A stretch of 57,813 nt of DNA from positions 1 through 57,813 of IMG/VR virus record IMGVR_UViG_3300028586_000026, one strand, 5' to 3'. The DNA comes from a virus. Its lineage: Duplodnaviria > Caudoviricetes. Positions 16,146 through 25,208 of the stretch are shown one piece after another (position 1 is the first letter of the stretch; each line of letters begins with the position of its first letter). Under the pieces are notes generated by a model. It had not been told where the DNA came from. It saw only the letters and a program-made list of their open reading frames with translations, and made no database searches. Made by a program: the position numbers and the translations under genes.

Positions 16146-16189
16146 TCGCTACATGGTGTGTTGACCCATACCGCTACATCATGTAGCGT
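16146..16189 (+). promoter_or_regulatory. OL operators and PL promoter
   Basis: TCGCTAC-ATGGT-GTGTTGA and CCGCTAC-ATCAT-GTAGCGT overlapping TTGACC-17-TAGCGT. Confidence 0.8.
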
Positions 16190-16226
16190 TTCTTCATCGC
16201 CGCTCACAGAGCCGATGGAGCCCCCG

Positions 16227-16376
16227 ATGCTCACCGCCCTCGACCTCTACCTCTCGACCGCGCCGCTCCCCGAGGTGATGACCTACGTCGGTCTCGCCAT
16301 GCTCACGATCGGCCTGGGCCCGTTCGTGCCGGGCGTCGTCGCCGATCACGTGGCCGCCTACCGGGCCGCCCGCTGA
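16227..16376 (+). CDS. Small membrane protein
   Basis: GGAG RBS, hydrophobic stretch, first gene after PL. Confidence 0.55.
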   Translation: MLTALDLYLSTAPLPEVMTYVGLAMLTIGLGPFVPGVVADHVAAYRAAR

Positions 16377-16600
16377 TGGCCGGCTCAACCACCCGCGCCG
16401 TCGAGCGCAAGTTCTTCCAGGCTGTGCTTAACCACGAGGTCGCCCGCGGCCGCGCGGAAGTCGTCGCCCTAGAGTGGTCGGCTCAGGTCAACTGCAACGG
16501 CGGCACGACGGAGCCCGGCTGCCCGGCGTGCCGGTTTCCAGAGCGCATGGGCCACGCGGCCCGCTGCCGGCTCGGCGCCATTATCCGGCAGGTGGCGTGA
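16376..16600 (+). CDS. Hypothetical Cys/His protein
   Basis: CPAC...H...C; TGATG coupling. Confidence 0.65.
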   Translation: MAGSTTRAVERKFFQAVLNHEVARGRAEVVALEWSAQVNCNGGTTEPGCPACRFPERMGHAARCRLGAIIRQVA

Positions 16601-16938
16601 TGGCCGCCCGCCCGCGCTTCGCCACCACCGCCCAGGCCATGCGAGCCTCGGCCGCCATGCGCCGCGCCGTCAACGCGGCCGGTGGTGCCGCTCGCCTGGC
16701 GCATCAGCTCGGCCTGCACGTCTCGACCGTGACCGGCTGGGTCTTCTGCCCGACCGGCCATGTGGACACGGTCGCTGCCGTCAGCGGCGTGTCCCGCAAC
16801 GACCTCAGGCCCGACCTCCTCCCGCGCGCCAACACGGCCCGGCCGCTGACGGCCGAGCAGGCGGTCGCCGCGCACCTCATGGCCGGCGAGCACTTCGCTC
16901 GGACCGGCCGCTGCCTCTCTGCTGAGGATGCGCGCTGA
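16600..16938 (+). CDS. YdaS/Cro-like HTH protein
   Basis: AAGGAARLAHQLGL...VTGW...SGVSRNDLRPDL. Confidence 0.75.
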   Translation: MAARPRFATTAQAMRASAAMRRAVNAAGGAARLAHQLGLHVSTVTGWVFCPTGHVDTVAAVSGVSRNDLRPDLLPRANTARPLTAEQAVAAHLMAGEHFARTGRCLSAEDAR

Positions 16939-17147
16939 TGGCCGCCGACGATCTGATCCACCGTGCGGCTCAGGAGCCATGGGACCTGCGGCGGTGCGTC
17001 CTGCGCCGCTACCGGAACGCCGACACGCTGACGATCCGTGACGAGGTCCGGCGGGTGTTGGCCGATGAGACCATCACCGAGGCCGCCGTCGACCGCATCC
17101 TGGCCGCGCATCGCGAGGCTCAGCGCCTCGTGCGGGGAGCGGCGTGA
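16938..17147 (+). CDS. Hypothetical protein
   Basis: TGATG coupling. Confidence 0.6.
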   Translation: MAADDLIHRAAQEPWDLRRCVLRRYRNADTLTIRDEVRRVLADETITEAAVDRILAAHREAQRLVRGAA

Positions 17148-17527
17148 TGTCGGCTCTTCATGACCTCCCCCGCGAGGAGCGCTTGCGCACCACCGCCGGC
17201 CTGCGCGGCACGCCCGCCTTGGCGCTGTCGGCTTGGCGAGGCGCATCCGGGCGCCGCTACGTCGTCGGTATCTGGGATGCCCGCCACGTCGAGCTCGACG
17301 AGTTGATCGAGGCGGTCGCGATCGGCGTGACCCGCGACGGGCACGGCATCGCCCAGCTGCAAGGCGTCGCCGCCGGGCTGGGACGCGATGCGGGCCAGAA
17401 ATGGCTCGGCGAGATGCGCCGGAAGGGCTGCACCGAAATCCACATCCATCGGCTCTGCGACGGCGCGGAAGAGCGCAGCGCTGTCGGTGACGACCTGAAT
17501 CCGCCCAGCAAGGGAGCGCGTCGGTGA
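17147..17527 (+). CDS. Hypothetical protein
   Basis: WRGASGRRY...EIHIH; coupled. Confidence 0.65.
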   Translation: MSALHDLPREERLRTTAGLRGTPALALSAWRGASGRRYVVGIWDARHVELDELIEAVAIGVTRDGHGIAQLQGVAAGLGRDAGQKWLGEMRRKGCTEIHIHRLCDGAEERSAVGDDLNPPSKGARR

Positions 17528-17859
17528 CCTCGCAACCCGCCATCATCGTGACTCAGCACGAGCTCGATCAGCTGCATACCTTCGCCGAGCGCGCGGTGCG
17601 GTCCGATCGCGTCCATCGCCTGGAGATCCAGCGCCTCGCCCTGGCGCATGCCGTGGTGGTCCAGGAGCTGGCGGTCATCCGCATGGCCCTGAGCCGCAAG
17701 GACACGGCCGGCGCGCTCACTGTGGTCGAGACGCTCATGCGCCACAGCGGGGCGCACGCGATCAACATGGATGCCGAGCCACTTCCGGCCGGCGTCGTGG
17801 ACCTCGACGAGGTCCGGGCCGGGCGTAGCATGGTCGCGATCGGCGGGGGCACGCTGTGA
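17524..17859 (+). CDS. Hypothetical protein
   Basis: GTGA overlaps. Confidence 0.6.
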   Translation: MTSQPAIIVTQHELDQLHTFAERAVRSDRVHRLEIQRLALAHAVVVQELAVIRMALSRKDTAGALTVVETLMRHSGAHAINMDAEPLPAGVVDLDEVRAGRSMVAIGGGTL

Positions 17860-18203
17860 GCGCTGCCGCCATCACCCGGCGCGAGCCCTCACCGCCGCTT
17901 GAGCACCGCCGTGCTGTCGGCGCCATGGTCCGCGCCGCCCGGGTTGCTCGCGGGCTCTCCATGGGCGCGGTCGGCGATCACATCGGCACCTCGTCGGTGA
18001 TGATCCATCACGTCGAGAGCGGCCGCAGCCGCATGCCACGCGCCCGGATTCCGGTGATCGCCGAGCTGCTCGGTTTGGAGCCGCAGGCCTTCGAGAGGCC
18101 GTCGCTGGCCGCCCAGGACGATGACGAGGCCGCGTTCCTCGTCGCCTTCAGGCACCTGCGCGAGGACGAGCGCCGCGCGCTGCTCGAGCTGATGCTGCCA
18201 TGA
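17856..18203 (+). CDS. XRE-family HTH regulator
   Basis: RAARVARGLSMGAVGDHIGTS...HVESG. Confidence 0.8.
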   Translation: MSAAAITRREPSPPLEHRRAVGAMVRAARVARGLSMGAVGDHIGTSSVMIHHVESGRSRMPRARIPVIAELLGLEPQAFERPSLAAQDDDEAAFLVAFRHLREDERRALLELMLP

Positions 18204-18352
18204 CGGTGCTCATCACGCTCTGCGCCACCGGCGCGATCTGCGAGCCGGCGCCTGCCGTCACCGTCGTCGATCTCGCGCCGCCGATCCTCCTCCTCTTCGG
18301 CCTTCTCGCCGTCCTGCTCCTCCTCATCCGCAACCCGGAGGGACGCCTGTGA
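18200..18352 (+). CDS. Small membrane protein (50 aa)
   Basis: ATGA overlap; Leu-rich C-terminal helix. Confidence 0.5.
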   Translation: MTVLITLCATGAICEPAPAVTVVDLAPPILLLFGLLAVLLLLIRNPEGRL

Positions 18353-18384
18353 TCTTCCCGCCCTTCTCAGCCCCGGAGGTCGTC

Positions 18385-18732
18385 ATGACCCGCGCCGTCA
18401 TGCCGGTGGACCATCTGCCCCGCCCGGAGCAGATGACGCCCGAGCGCGCCGCGCAGGCGCTCTACGCGAAGGGGCATCGCGCCCTGATGGCCAGCTGCTC
18501 AGACCGGCAGCTCAGCGTCGCCATCGTGCGCTCGTTCGGGCGGGATGTCCGGTTCGGCGACGCGCTGAACAGCGCCTCCGCCATGCAGGCGGTCCGGTAT
18601 CACCTGCAGCGGCTCTGCGCCGAGGCGATCGCCGCGCCCTTCGATCCCGAGCACCTCGCCGCCGTTCAGACGGAATCCGATCGGTGCGCCCGGCAGATGG
18701 GTCGCGGCCTGAAATCCGAAGCGGCGGAGTGA
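18385..18732 (+). CDS. Hypothetical protein
   Basis: GGAGG RBS. Confidence 0.65.
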   Translation: MTRAVMPVDHLPRPEQMTPERAAQALYAKGHRALMASCSDRQLSVAIVRSFGRDVRFGDALNSASAMQAVRYHLQRLCAEAIAAPFDPEHLAAVQTESDRCARQMGRGLKSEAAE

Positions 18733-19712
18733 TGGCCATGAAGATCAAGCCACACCTCGCGGGCTACGTCGGCGGCCCGGGCCTCTATCAGATGCCAGCC
18801 GACGTCTACCACGCCGACTGCGCACCTGAGCCGTCGCTGTCCTCATCGATCGCCCGCACCCTTCTGGAGGCGAGCCCGCAGCACGCCTGGATCGCGCACC
18901 CGCGGTTGGGCTGCCAGGTCGAGGCGGAGCGCGACCCGAGCCGGCCGAAGGAGATCGGCACCGTCGCCCATAAGCTGATCCTCGGGCAGGGATCCGACGT
19001 CGTGCTGATCGACGCCGACGATTACCGTTCAGCCGCAGCCAAGGCGCAGCGCGCCCAGGCCTACGCAGACGGCCATTGCCCCATTCTGCAGCCCGACGCC
19101 GACAAGGCCGACGCGCTCGCCGACCAGGTCGCGGAAAAGCTCGCGCTCATCCCGGGCTGCGAGGGCTTCACCAAGGCGCCCGCCGAGGTGGTTGCTGTCG
19201 CCCAGGACCGGTCCGGCGCCTGGCTCCGGATCATGATGGACCGGGTCGAGATCCACCCGACCCACGCCATCATCTGGGACGTGAAGACCGGCGATCAGTC
19301 CGCCGCTCCGCAGCTGCTCGGCCGTCGCGTCGAGAGCATGCAGATGGAGGTTCAGGCCGCCCTCTACGTGCACGTGCTTTCGATGCTGCTGCCGCACCTG
19401 GCTGGCCGCATCCGCTTCCGCTGGATCTTCGTCGAGAACGAATTCCCGCACGCGCTCAGCGTCGCCGAGGCCGACGGCGCCGGCATGGAGATCGGCGCGC
19501 GGAAGGTCGCCGCCGCGATCCACGTCTGGAATCGGTGCCGGGCTGCCGGCGAGTGGCCGGGCTACCCGGCTCAGATCGTTCGCTTCGACTACCCCGAATG
19601 GGCCGCCCGCCGCTGGTCCGAGCGCGAGGAGCTCGACCCGCAGCTCTCCGGCGTCTCGTACGACATCGCGCAGAGCCCGTTCCGCCCCCTCGATATGGAG
19701 AGCGCAGCGTGA
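18732..19712 (+). CDS. RecE/exonuclease VIII-like PD-(D/E)XK nuclease
   Basis: YHAD..LSSS, GTVAH, D..WDVKT, QAALY, WPGY. Confidence 0.85.
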   Translation: MAMKIKPHLAGYVGGPGLYQMPADVYHADCAPEPSLSSSIARTLLEASPQHAWIAHPRLGCQVEAERDPSRPKEIGTVAHKLILGQGSDVVLIDADDYRSAAAKAQRAQAYADGHCPILQPDADKADALADQVAEKLALIPGCEGFTKAPAEVVAVAQDRSGAWLRIMMDRVEIHPTHAIIWDVKTGDQSAAPQLLGRRVESMQMEVQAALYVHVLSMLLPHLAGRIRFRWIFVENEFPHALSVAEADGAGMEIGARKVAAAIHVWNRCRAAGEWPGYPAQIVRFDYPEWAARRWSEREELDPQLSGVSYDIAQSPFRPLDMESAA

Positions 19713-20755
19713 GCTTCAGCTTCATCGGCGCCGATGCAGCCCGCGAGCGGGTCGGCCTGTTCGTCTCGCTCACCGGCGGCACCAACTCCGGGAAGACCTG
19801 GTCCGCCTGTCGCCTCGCCCGGGGCATCGCCGGCCCGAATGGCCGGGTTGCGGTTCTCGACACTGAGGGCGGCCGCACGAAGCGCGTGGCTGAGGACAGC
19901 TTCGGCTTCAAGGCGATCGTCATGGACCCGCCGTTCCGGCCCAACCGCTTCGCCGAGGCGGCCTTGGCGGCAGAGCGCGAAGAGTTCGACGCCCTCCTGA
20001 TCGACAGCTTCTCAATGGAATGGGTGGGCCTCGGCGGGGTGCTCGACTGGCAGTCTCAAGAGCTCCAGCGCATGGCCGGCGACGACTACCGCAAGCAGGA
20101 GCGCATGAAGATGGCCTCCTGGATCAAGCCGAAGACCGCGCACAAGGCGATGGTCTACGCGCTCCTGCAGCGGCGTATCCCGATCATCTTCTCGATCCGC
20201 GGCGAGGAGACCGTGAAGCCGGGCGAGAACCCCGGCGAGAAGCCGACCCGGATCCTGAAATCGGTGTGCAACTCGCAGTTTCCCTACGAGGTCACGGTCT
20301 CGTTCCGGCTCGAGGCCGACCGCAAGGGCTACATCGACCTGTCCGACCCGAAGTCGTGGAAGATGGAGGGCGCGCACCAGGAGATCTTCAAGCACGGCGA
20401 TCGGCTGAGCGAAGAGCATGGTGCTGCCCTCGCGGCATGGGCCCGGGGCGAGACCACGGCAGCTGCTGCCCCGAAAGACCCGTCGACTCCGACGCCAACT
20501 CCGAAGAGCCCGACGCAGCAGCCGACCCGCGGCGGTCGGGACAAGCTCTTCAACGACGCGCGTGATGCAGCTCGCCAGGGCGTGGCCGCCCTGGAAGCCT
20601 TCAAGGCCGACCTGCCGCCCAACAACGTCCGTGCCCTCGACGCGATCGCCGCCGAGCTCGACCGGCTGGCCTGCAACGCTGACGCGGCGGACGACGGCTT
20701 CCCGGGCGACACGCCGGCCAGCGAGGGCATTCCGGCGGGCGAGGTGGTCGCGTGA
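19709..20755 (+). CDS. AAA ATPase (Sak4-like recombinase)
   Basis: GGTNSGKT, LDTE, LIDSFS; follows the exonuclease. Confidence 0.75.
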   Translation: MSFSFIGADAARERVGLFVSLTGGTNSGKTWSACRLARGIAGPNGRVAVLDTEGGRTKRVAEDSFGFKAIVMDPPFRPNRFAEAALAAEREEFDALLIDSFSMEWVGLGGVLDWQSQELQRMAGDDYRKQERMKMASWIKPKTAHKAMVYALLQRRIPIIFSIRGEETVKPGENPGEKPTRILKSVCNSQFPYEVTVSFRLEADRKGYIDLSDPKSWKMEGAHQEIFKHGDRLSEEHGAALAAWARGETTAAAAPKDPSTPTPTPKSPTQQPTRGGRDKLFNDARDAARQGVAALEAFKADLPPNNVRALDAIAAELDRLACNADAADDGFPGDTPASEGIPAGEVVA

Positions 20756-21132
20756 TGCGCGTGCTCATCTGCGGAGGCCGCAACCTCGACTCAACTCTCG
20801 TCTGGAACTGGCTGGAGGCACACGCCACCGAGCTGTGCGCCGACGCGCTGAACCGAGCCTCCCACGTGCTGATCACTCACGTGATCCAGGGCGGAGCAAC
20901 CGGCGCTGATACGGGCGCCGAGCGCTGGGCCCGTGCCAGCGAGATCCCGGTGTCGTGCTTTCGCGCGGACTGGGAGCAGTACGGCCGGCAGGCGGGCCCG
21001 CTGCGGAACACACGGATGCTCGCCGAGGGCCGACCGGACGCGGTGATCGCGTTCCCGGGCGGCAAGGGCACGGCCGACATGGTGCGCAAGGCGCGCGCCG
21101 CCGGGCTGCCGGTGGTGGAGGCGCGGATATGA
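20755..21132 (+). CDS. SLOG/YspA-like (DUF2493) protein
   Basis: VLICGGR, GGATGAD, AGPLRNTRM, AFPGGKGTADM. Confidence 0.85.
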   Translation: MRVLICGGRNLDSTLVWNWLEAHATELCADALNRASHVLITHVIQGGATGADTGAERWARASEIPVSCFRADWEQYGRQAGPLRNTRMLAEGRPDAVIAFPGGKGTADMVRKARAAGLPVVEARI

Positions 21133-21398
21133 GCGCCATTCGCTGCCCCCACTGCACCCGCACGGTCGCCGACACCGAGGCGCTGTTCTCGCACGTGAAG
21201 GCGAAGCACGGGCTGAAGGCGGCCCGGGCCTGCGTGCCGGAACACCCGGCCTTCATGCGCGAGGCCAAGCGCCGGGCCGCCGACCAGGCGCGCCGCGACG
21301 CCGAGCCCAGCATGGCCGACCTCGTGATCGAGGCCACGCTCGACCGGGCCATGGGCCTGCCTGTCGATCGCGACATTGCGGAGATGTTCGATGTCTGA
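21129..21398 (+). CDS. C2H2 zinc-finger-like protein
   Basis: CPHC...H...KH. Confidence 0.65.
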   Translation: MSAIRCPHCTRTVADTEALFSHVKAKHGLKAARACVPEHPAFMREAKRRAADQARRDAEPSMADLVIEATLDRAMGLPVDRDIAEMFDV

Positions 21399-22215
21399 AG
21401 CCATGACGTCCCACGCACCGAGCGTGCAGCTCGCCAATGTCGACTTCCCGATGCCGAAGTACCGGACCGGACAGACAGTCTACCGCGCCAGCGTGAGCCA
21501 CGAAACCGAGATGCTTCCGTGCCCGGATTGCCTCGGCGCACGGAAGTGGAAGGTGCTGACGCCGGCCGGCGCGGAGTTGACGACCGACTGCATCCGATGC
21601 TGCTCCTACGGCGATATTCGAGGCGTTCCGTCGTTGCGCCGGGCGATATGGAAGCCGCAGACCCGCTCTCTCACCATCGGCGCTATCGAGATCCGATCGG
21701 GTTACGGCGATCGCGATGCGGTCAGCTACATGGCCGTCGAGACCGGCATAGGCTCAGGCTCGGTCTACCGTGAGCGCGAGCTGCATGCCGATGAGGAGTC
21801 GGCACGCGCGGCTGCGACCGCAGAGGCAGAGGCCAAGAACGTCACGCTCGACGCCGAGCCGGCCCGCATAGAGCAGCACCATTTCTTCGGCCTCCAGATC
21901 ACTGACGCTGCAGTCAGAGCAGCCGGCGATGCCGTGTATAACGGCTGGTATCGGCTGAATTATCTGATCGACGACATCAAGCAGCAGCTAGATGACGAAG
22001 GTCTGACGCACGCGCATCTCAAGGAAGAGATCGCGCGCATGATCGAGTTCGACCGCGAATACAGGGCGAACCGCGATCCCTTCGACAAGCTTCTGGCCGC
22101 TGCAAGGTACGCCGTCCAGACAACCGACCTGCCTGCGCTTGCGGACGCTCTGGCCGCCCTACCGTTCGGTGAGCGCGCCTCCGCCCCGGCGAGCGGCGAG
22201 GAAGCGGCGAGATGA
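21391..22215 (+). CDS. Hypothetical protein with Zn ribbon
   Basis: CPDC...CIRC. Confidence 0.7.
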   Translation: MSEAMTSHAPSVQLANVDFPMPKYRTGQTVYRASVSHETEMLPCPDCLGARKWKVLTPAGAELTTDCIRCCSYGDIRGVPSLRRAIWKPQTRSLTIGAIEIRSGYGDRDAVSYMAVETGIGSGSVYRERELHADEESARAAATAEAEAKNVTLDAEPARIEQHHFFGLQITDAAVRAAGDAVYNGWYRLNYLIDDIKQQLDDEGLTHAHLKEEIARMIEFDREYRANRDPFDKLLAAARYAVQTTDLPALADALAALPFGERASAPASGEEAAR

Positions 22216-23027
22216 CGGTACGCGTCGAGCACCTCGCCGAGAACGTGACGCTCTACTGCGGTGACGCCCGCGAGGCTGTCGAGCAGTTTGATGCCTCGAT
22301 CGAGCTCGTCATCACCGATCCGCCCTACAGCAGCGGCGCCCGCCGAGACAGCGAGCGCCAGGTGCGCGGCTCCATGCTGCGCGGGATGGAAGATCCGGAT
22401 TGGTTCAGCCACGACGCCATGACGACGTGGGGCTTCAACTGGTTCATCCGGGGCCTGTTCTCGGACATCCGCCCGAGGATGACGCAGGGGGCGCACGCCT
22501 ACTGCTTCATCGACTGGCGGCAGACCCCGAACCTCTACGGCATGCTGGAGGCCAGCGGCTTCCGGGTGAACCACTGCCTGGTCTGGGACAAGCAGCACTT
22601 CGGCATGGGCCAGTGCTGGCGCAATCAGCACGAGAACATCGTGTTCGCCTCGAACGGCGCGCCGGCCGACATGCTCGATCGAGGCGTCGGGTCCGTCCTG
22701 CGCTATCCGACCGTCCATCACGGCGAGCGCGTGCATCCGACTGAGAAGCCGGTCGACCTGCTGACGCGGCTTGTCCAGGCCGTGCCCGGCCGCATCGTGC
22801 TCGACCCTTTCATGGGCTCCGGTTCGACGGGAGTCGCGGCGGTCCGCAGCGATCGAGGCTTCGTCGGCATCGAGATCAACCCAGGCCACTTCGACGTGGC
22901 CTGCCGCCGAATCGCGAATGCGCTGACCGGTGAGGATGAGCGCCGCCGCACGGCCTTGCTCGCCCGCGGCAAGCCCGCCGACCACGGCCCCCTCTTCGCA
23001 GACCCAACACCTGGAGCCGCCGCGTGA
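22212..23027 (+). CDS. N6A/N4C DNA methyltransferase (beta class)
   Basis: TDPPY, HPTEKP, LDPFMGSGST. Confidence 0.92.
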   Translation: MTVRVEHLAENVTLYCGDAREAVEQFDASIELVITDPPYSSGARRDSERQVRGSMLRGMEDPDWFSHDAMTTWGFNWFIRGLFSDIRPRMTQGAHAYCFIDWRQTPNLYGMLEASGFRVNHCLVWDKQHFGMGQCWRNQHENIVFASNGAPADMLDRGVGSVLRYPTVHHGERVHPTEKPVDLLTRLVQAVPGRIVLDPFMGSGSTGVAAVRSDRGFVGIEINPGHFDVACRRIANALTGEDERRRTALLARGKPADHGPLFADPTPGAAA

Positions 23028-25204
23028 ACGCACCTCTCGTCATCGACAGCTTCGCGGGCGGCGGCGGCGCCTCCGAGGGCATCCGGGCTGCGCTCGGCCG
23101 GGATCCGGATTACGCGCTGAACCACGACGGCCTGGCGCTGGCCATGCACCGGCTCAACCACCCGGCCACGAAGCACATCGAGGAGGATGTGTGGAACGTC
23201 GATGCGGTCGGCCTGTGCGCCGGCCGGGACGTCGGGCTCCTCTGGATGAGCCCGGACTGCAAGCACTTCTCCAAGGCGAAGGGCGGGAAGCCCCGCGAGA
23301 AGGCGATCCGCGGTCTGGCGTGGGTCGGCGTGCGCTGGATCAAGAGCCTGCCGAAGCGCCAGCGCCCGCGCGTAGTGTTCCTGGAGAACGTCGAGGAGTT
23401 TCAGGATTGGGGCCCGCTCCTCGAGGACGGACGACCGTGCCCGGTCCAGCGCGGCACCACGTTCAAGCAGTTCGTCGCCGCCCTGGAAGCCATGGGCTAC
23501 GTTGTCGAGTGGCGCGAGCTGCGCGCCTGCGACTATGGCGCGCCGACGATCCGGAAGCGGCTGTTCCTGGTCGCGCGCCGCGACGGCAAGCCGATCGTCT
23601 GGCCGGAGCCGACCCACGGCGCGCCGGACAGCGAGGGCGTGCGGGCCGGGCGGCTTCTGCCCTGGCGGGCCGCGGCCGAGATCATCGATTGGTCGCTACC
23701 GTGCCCCTCGATCTTCGAGACGTCGGCCGAGATCAAGGCGAAGCACGGGATCCGCGCCAACCGGCCGCTCGCCGACGCCACCATGGCCCGGATCGCCAAG
23801 GGGACTATGCGCTACGTCGTGAACGCGGCGAAGCCGTTCCTGGTGCGGGTGAACCACGGGGACAGCCGTGGCCGGCGGGATCGCGGGCTCGACGAGCCGA
23901 TGCCGACCTCGACGCACTACAGCGGCGACGCGCTGGTGCAGCCCTTCGTCACCTACGGCCAGCAGGGCGGCGGCAACCGGGATGCCAGCGACCCGCTGCA
24001 CACGATCTGCGCCAGCCCAAAGGACCAGAACGCGATCGTCACGCCCTTCGTGACCAAGTTCAACCGCGGAGCCACCGGCCACGAGATTGATCGCCCGCTC
24101 GCCACCGTGACCTCGCACGCCAGCGAGACGCACGGCGGCGGGGCGGCCCCGCTCGGCATCGTGGCGCCCGTCATCGTCAACGTCGCCAACGGCCAGACCA
24201 CGGGGCGCGCGCCGAACGTGTGGCCGGCCGAGGATCCGCTGCGCACCGTGAAACAGGCGGGGACGCATGCTGTTGTGGCGCCCTTCCTGGCCCTGCGCCT
24301 ACAGGAGAAGCCGGGCGACGAGCCCCGCACCCGCGCGATCAATCTGCCGGCAGCCACCATCACGGCGAGCGACGTGCTGCCCGGCCACCTGGTCGGCGCC
24401 TGCCTCGTCCCGCGCTACGGCGAGCGGCCCGGCCAGGATCCACGCGCCCGATCCGTGGAGGAGCCCGCGCCCGTCATCGTGCCGACCGGCAACGAGGGCA
24501 GCCTGGCGGCCGTCCACCTCACCCGGCAGTTCGGCATGTCGGTGGGATCCAGCGCGGAGGAGCCCGTCGGCACGATCACCGCGGGCGGTGCGGGTAAGGC
24601 CGGCGTGGTCGCGGCGTTCCTCGCGCAGCACAATCTCGGAGTCGTCGGCCACGCGGCTACCGAGCCGGTCTCAACGATCAGCCAGAAGGGTTCTCAGCAG
24701 CAGGTTGTCGCCGCGCACCTGCTCAACCTGCGCGGCTCGGACCGCCGTGACGCGCCGATCGACCGGCCTGCGCCGACCGCGACCAGCGGCGGCAACCACG
24801 CGGCCGCCGTCTTCGCCTTCCTGTCGAAGTGGTACGGGACCGGCGCCTTCGCCCAGCCTGCCGACGATCCGCTGCACACGGTTCGCGCCAAGGACTGCTG
24901 CGGCGTCGTCACCGTGATGGTCGAGGGCCAGCCCTACGCCATCGTCGACATCGGCATGCGGATGCTGACCCCGCGCGAGCGCTTCAACGCGCAGGGGTTC
25001 CGCCCGGACTACGTGATTGATCGCGGCGAGCTGGAGGACGGCTCGATCGTCCCGCTCACCCTCGAGCAGCAGGGGCGCATGTGCGGAAATTCTGTCTGCC
25101 CGCAGATGGCTGAGGCGCTCGTCGCCGCGAACTACCGCGAGGCTGATGTCCGCGTGCGCCCGGCCGCCCAGGCCGTCCCGATGCCCCTCTTTGCCGCGGA
25201 GTAG
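23024..25204 (+). CDS. C5-cytosine DNA methyltransferase with repeat-expanded variable region
   Basis: FAGGGG, SPDC, ENV, R.RLF, RMLTPRE, GNSV. Confidence 0.92.
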   Translation: MNAPLVIDSFAGGGGASEGIRAALGRDPDYALNHDGLALAMHRLNHPATKHIEEDVWNVDAVGLCAGRDVGLLWMSPDCKHFSKAKGGKPREKAIRGLAWVGVRWIKSLPKRQRPRVVFLENVEEFQDWGPLLEDGRPCPVQRGTTFKQFVAALEAMGYVVEWRELRACDYGAPTIRKRLFLVARRDGKPIVWPEPTHGAPDSEGVRAGRLLPWRAAAEIIDWSLPCPSIFETSAEIKAKHGIRANRPLADATMARIAKGTMRYVVNAAKPFLVRVNHGDSRGRRDRGLDEPMPTSTHYSGDALVQPFVTYGQQGGGNRDASDPLHTICASPKDQNAIVTPFVTKFNRGATGHEIDRPLATVTSHASETHGGGAAPLGIVAPVIVNVANGQTTGRAPNVWPAEDPLRTVKQAGTHAVVAPFLALRLQEKPGDEPRTRAINLPAATITASDVLPGHLVGACLVPRYGERPGQDPRARSVEEPAPVIVPTGNEGSLAAVHLTRQFGMSVGSSAEEPVGTITAGGAGKAGVVAAFLAQHNLGVVGHAATEPVSTISQKGSQQQVVAAHLLNLRGSDRRDAPIDRPAPTATSGGNHAAAVFAFLSKWYGTGAFAQPADDPLHTVRAKDCCGVVTVMVEGQPYAIVDIGMRMLTPRERFNAQGFRPDYVIDRGELEDGSIVPLTLEQQGRMCGNSVCPQMAEALVAANYREADVRVRPAAQAVPMPLFAAE

Positions 25205-25208
25205 CAGC

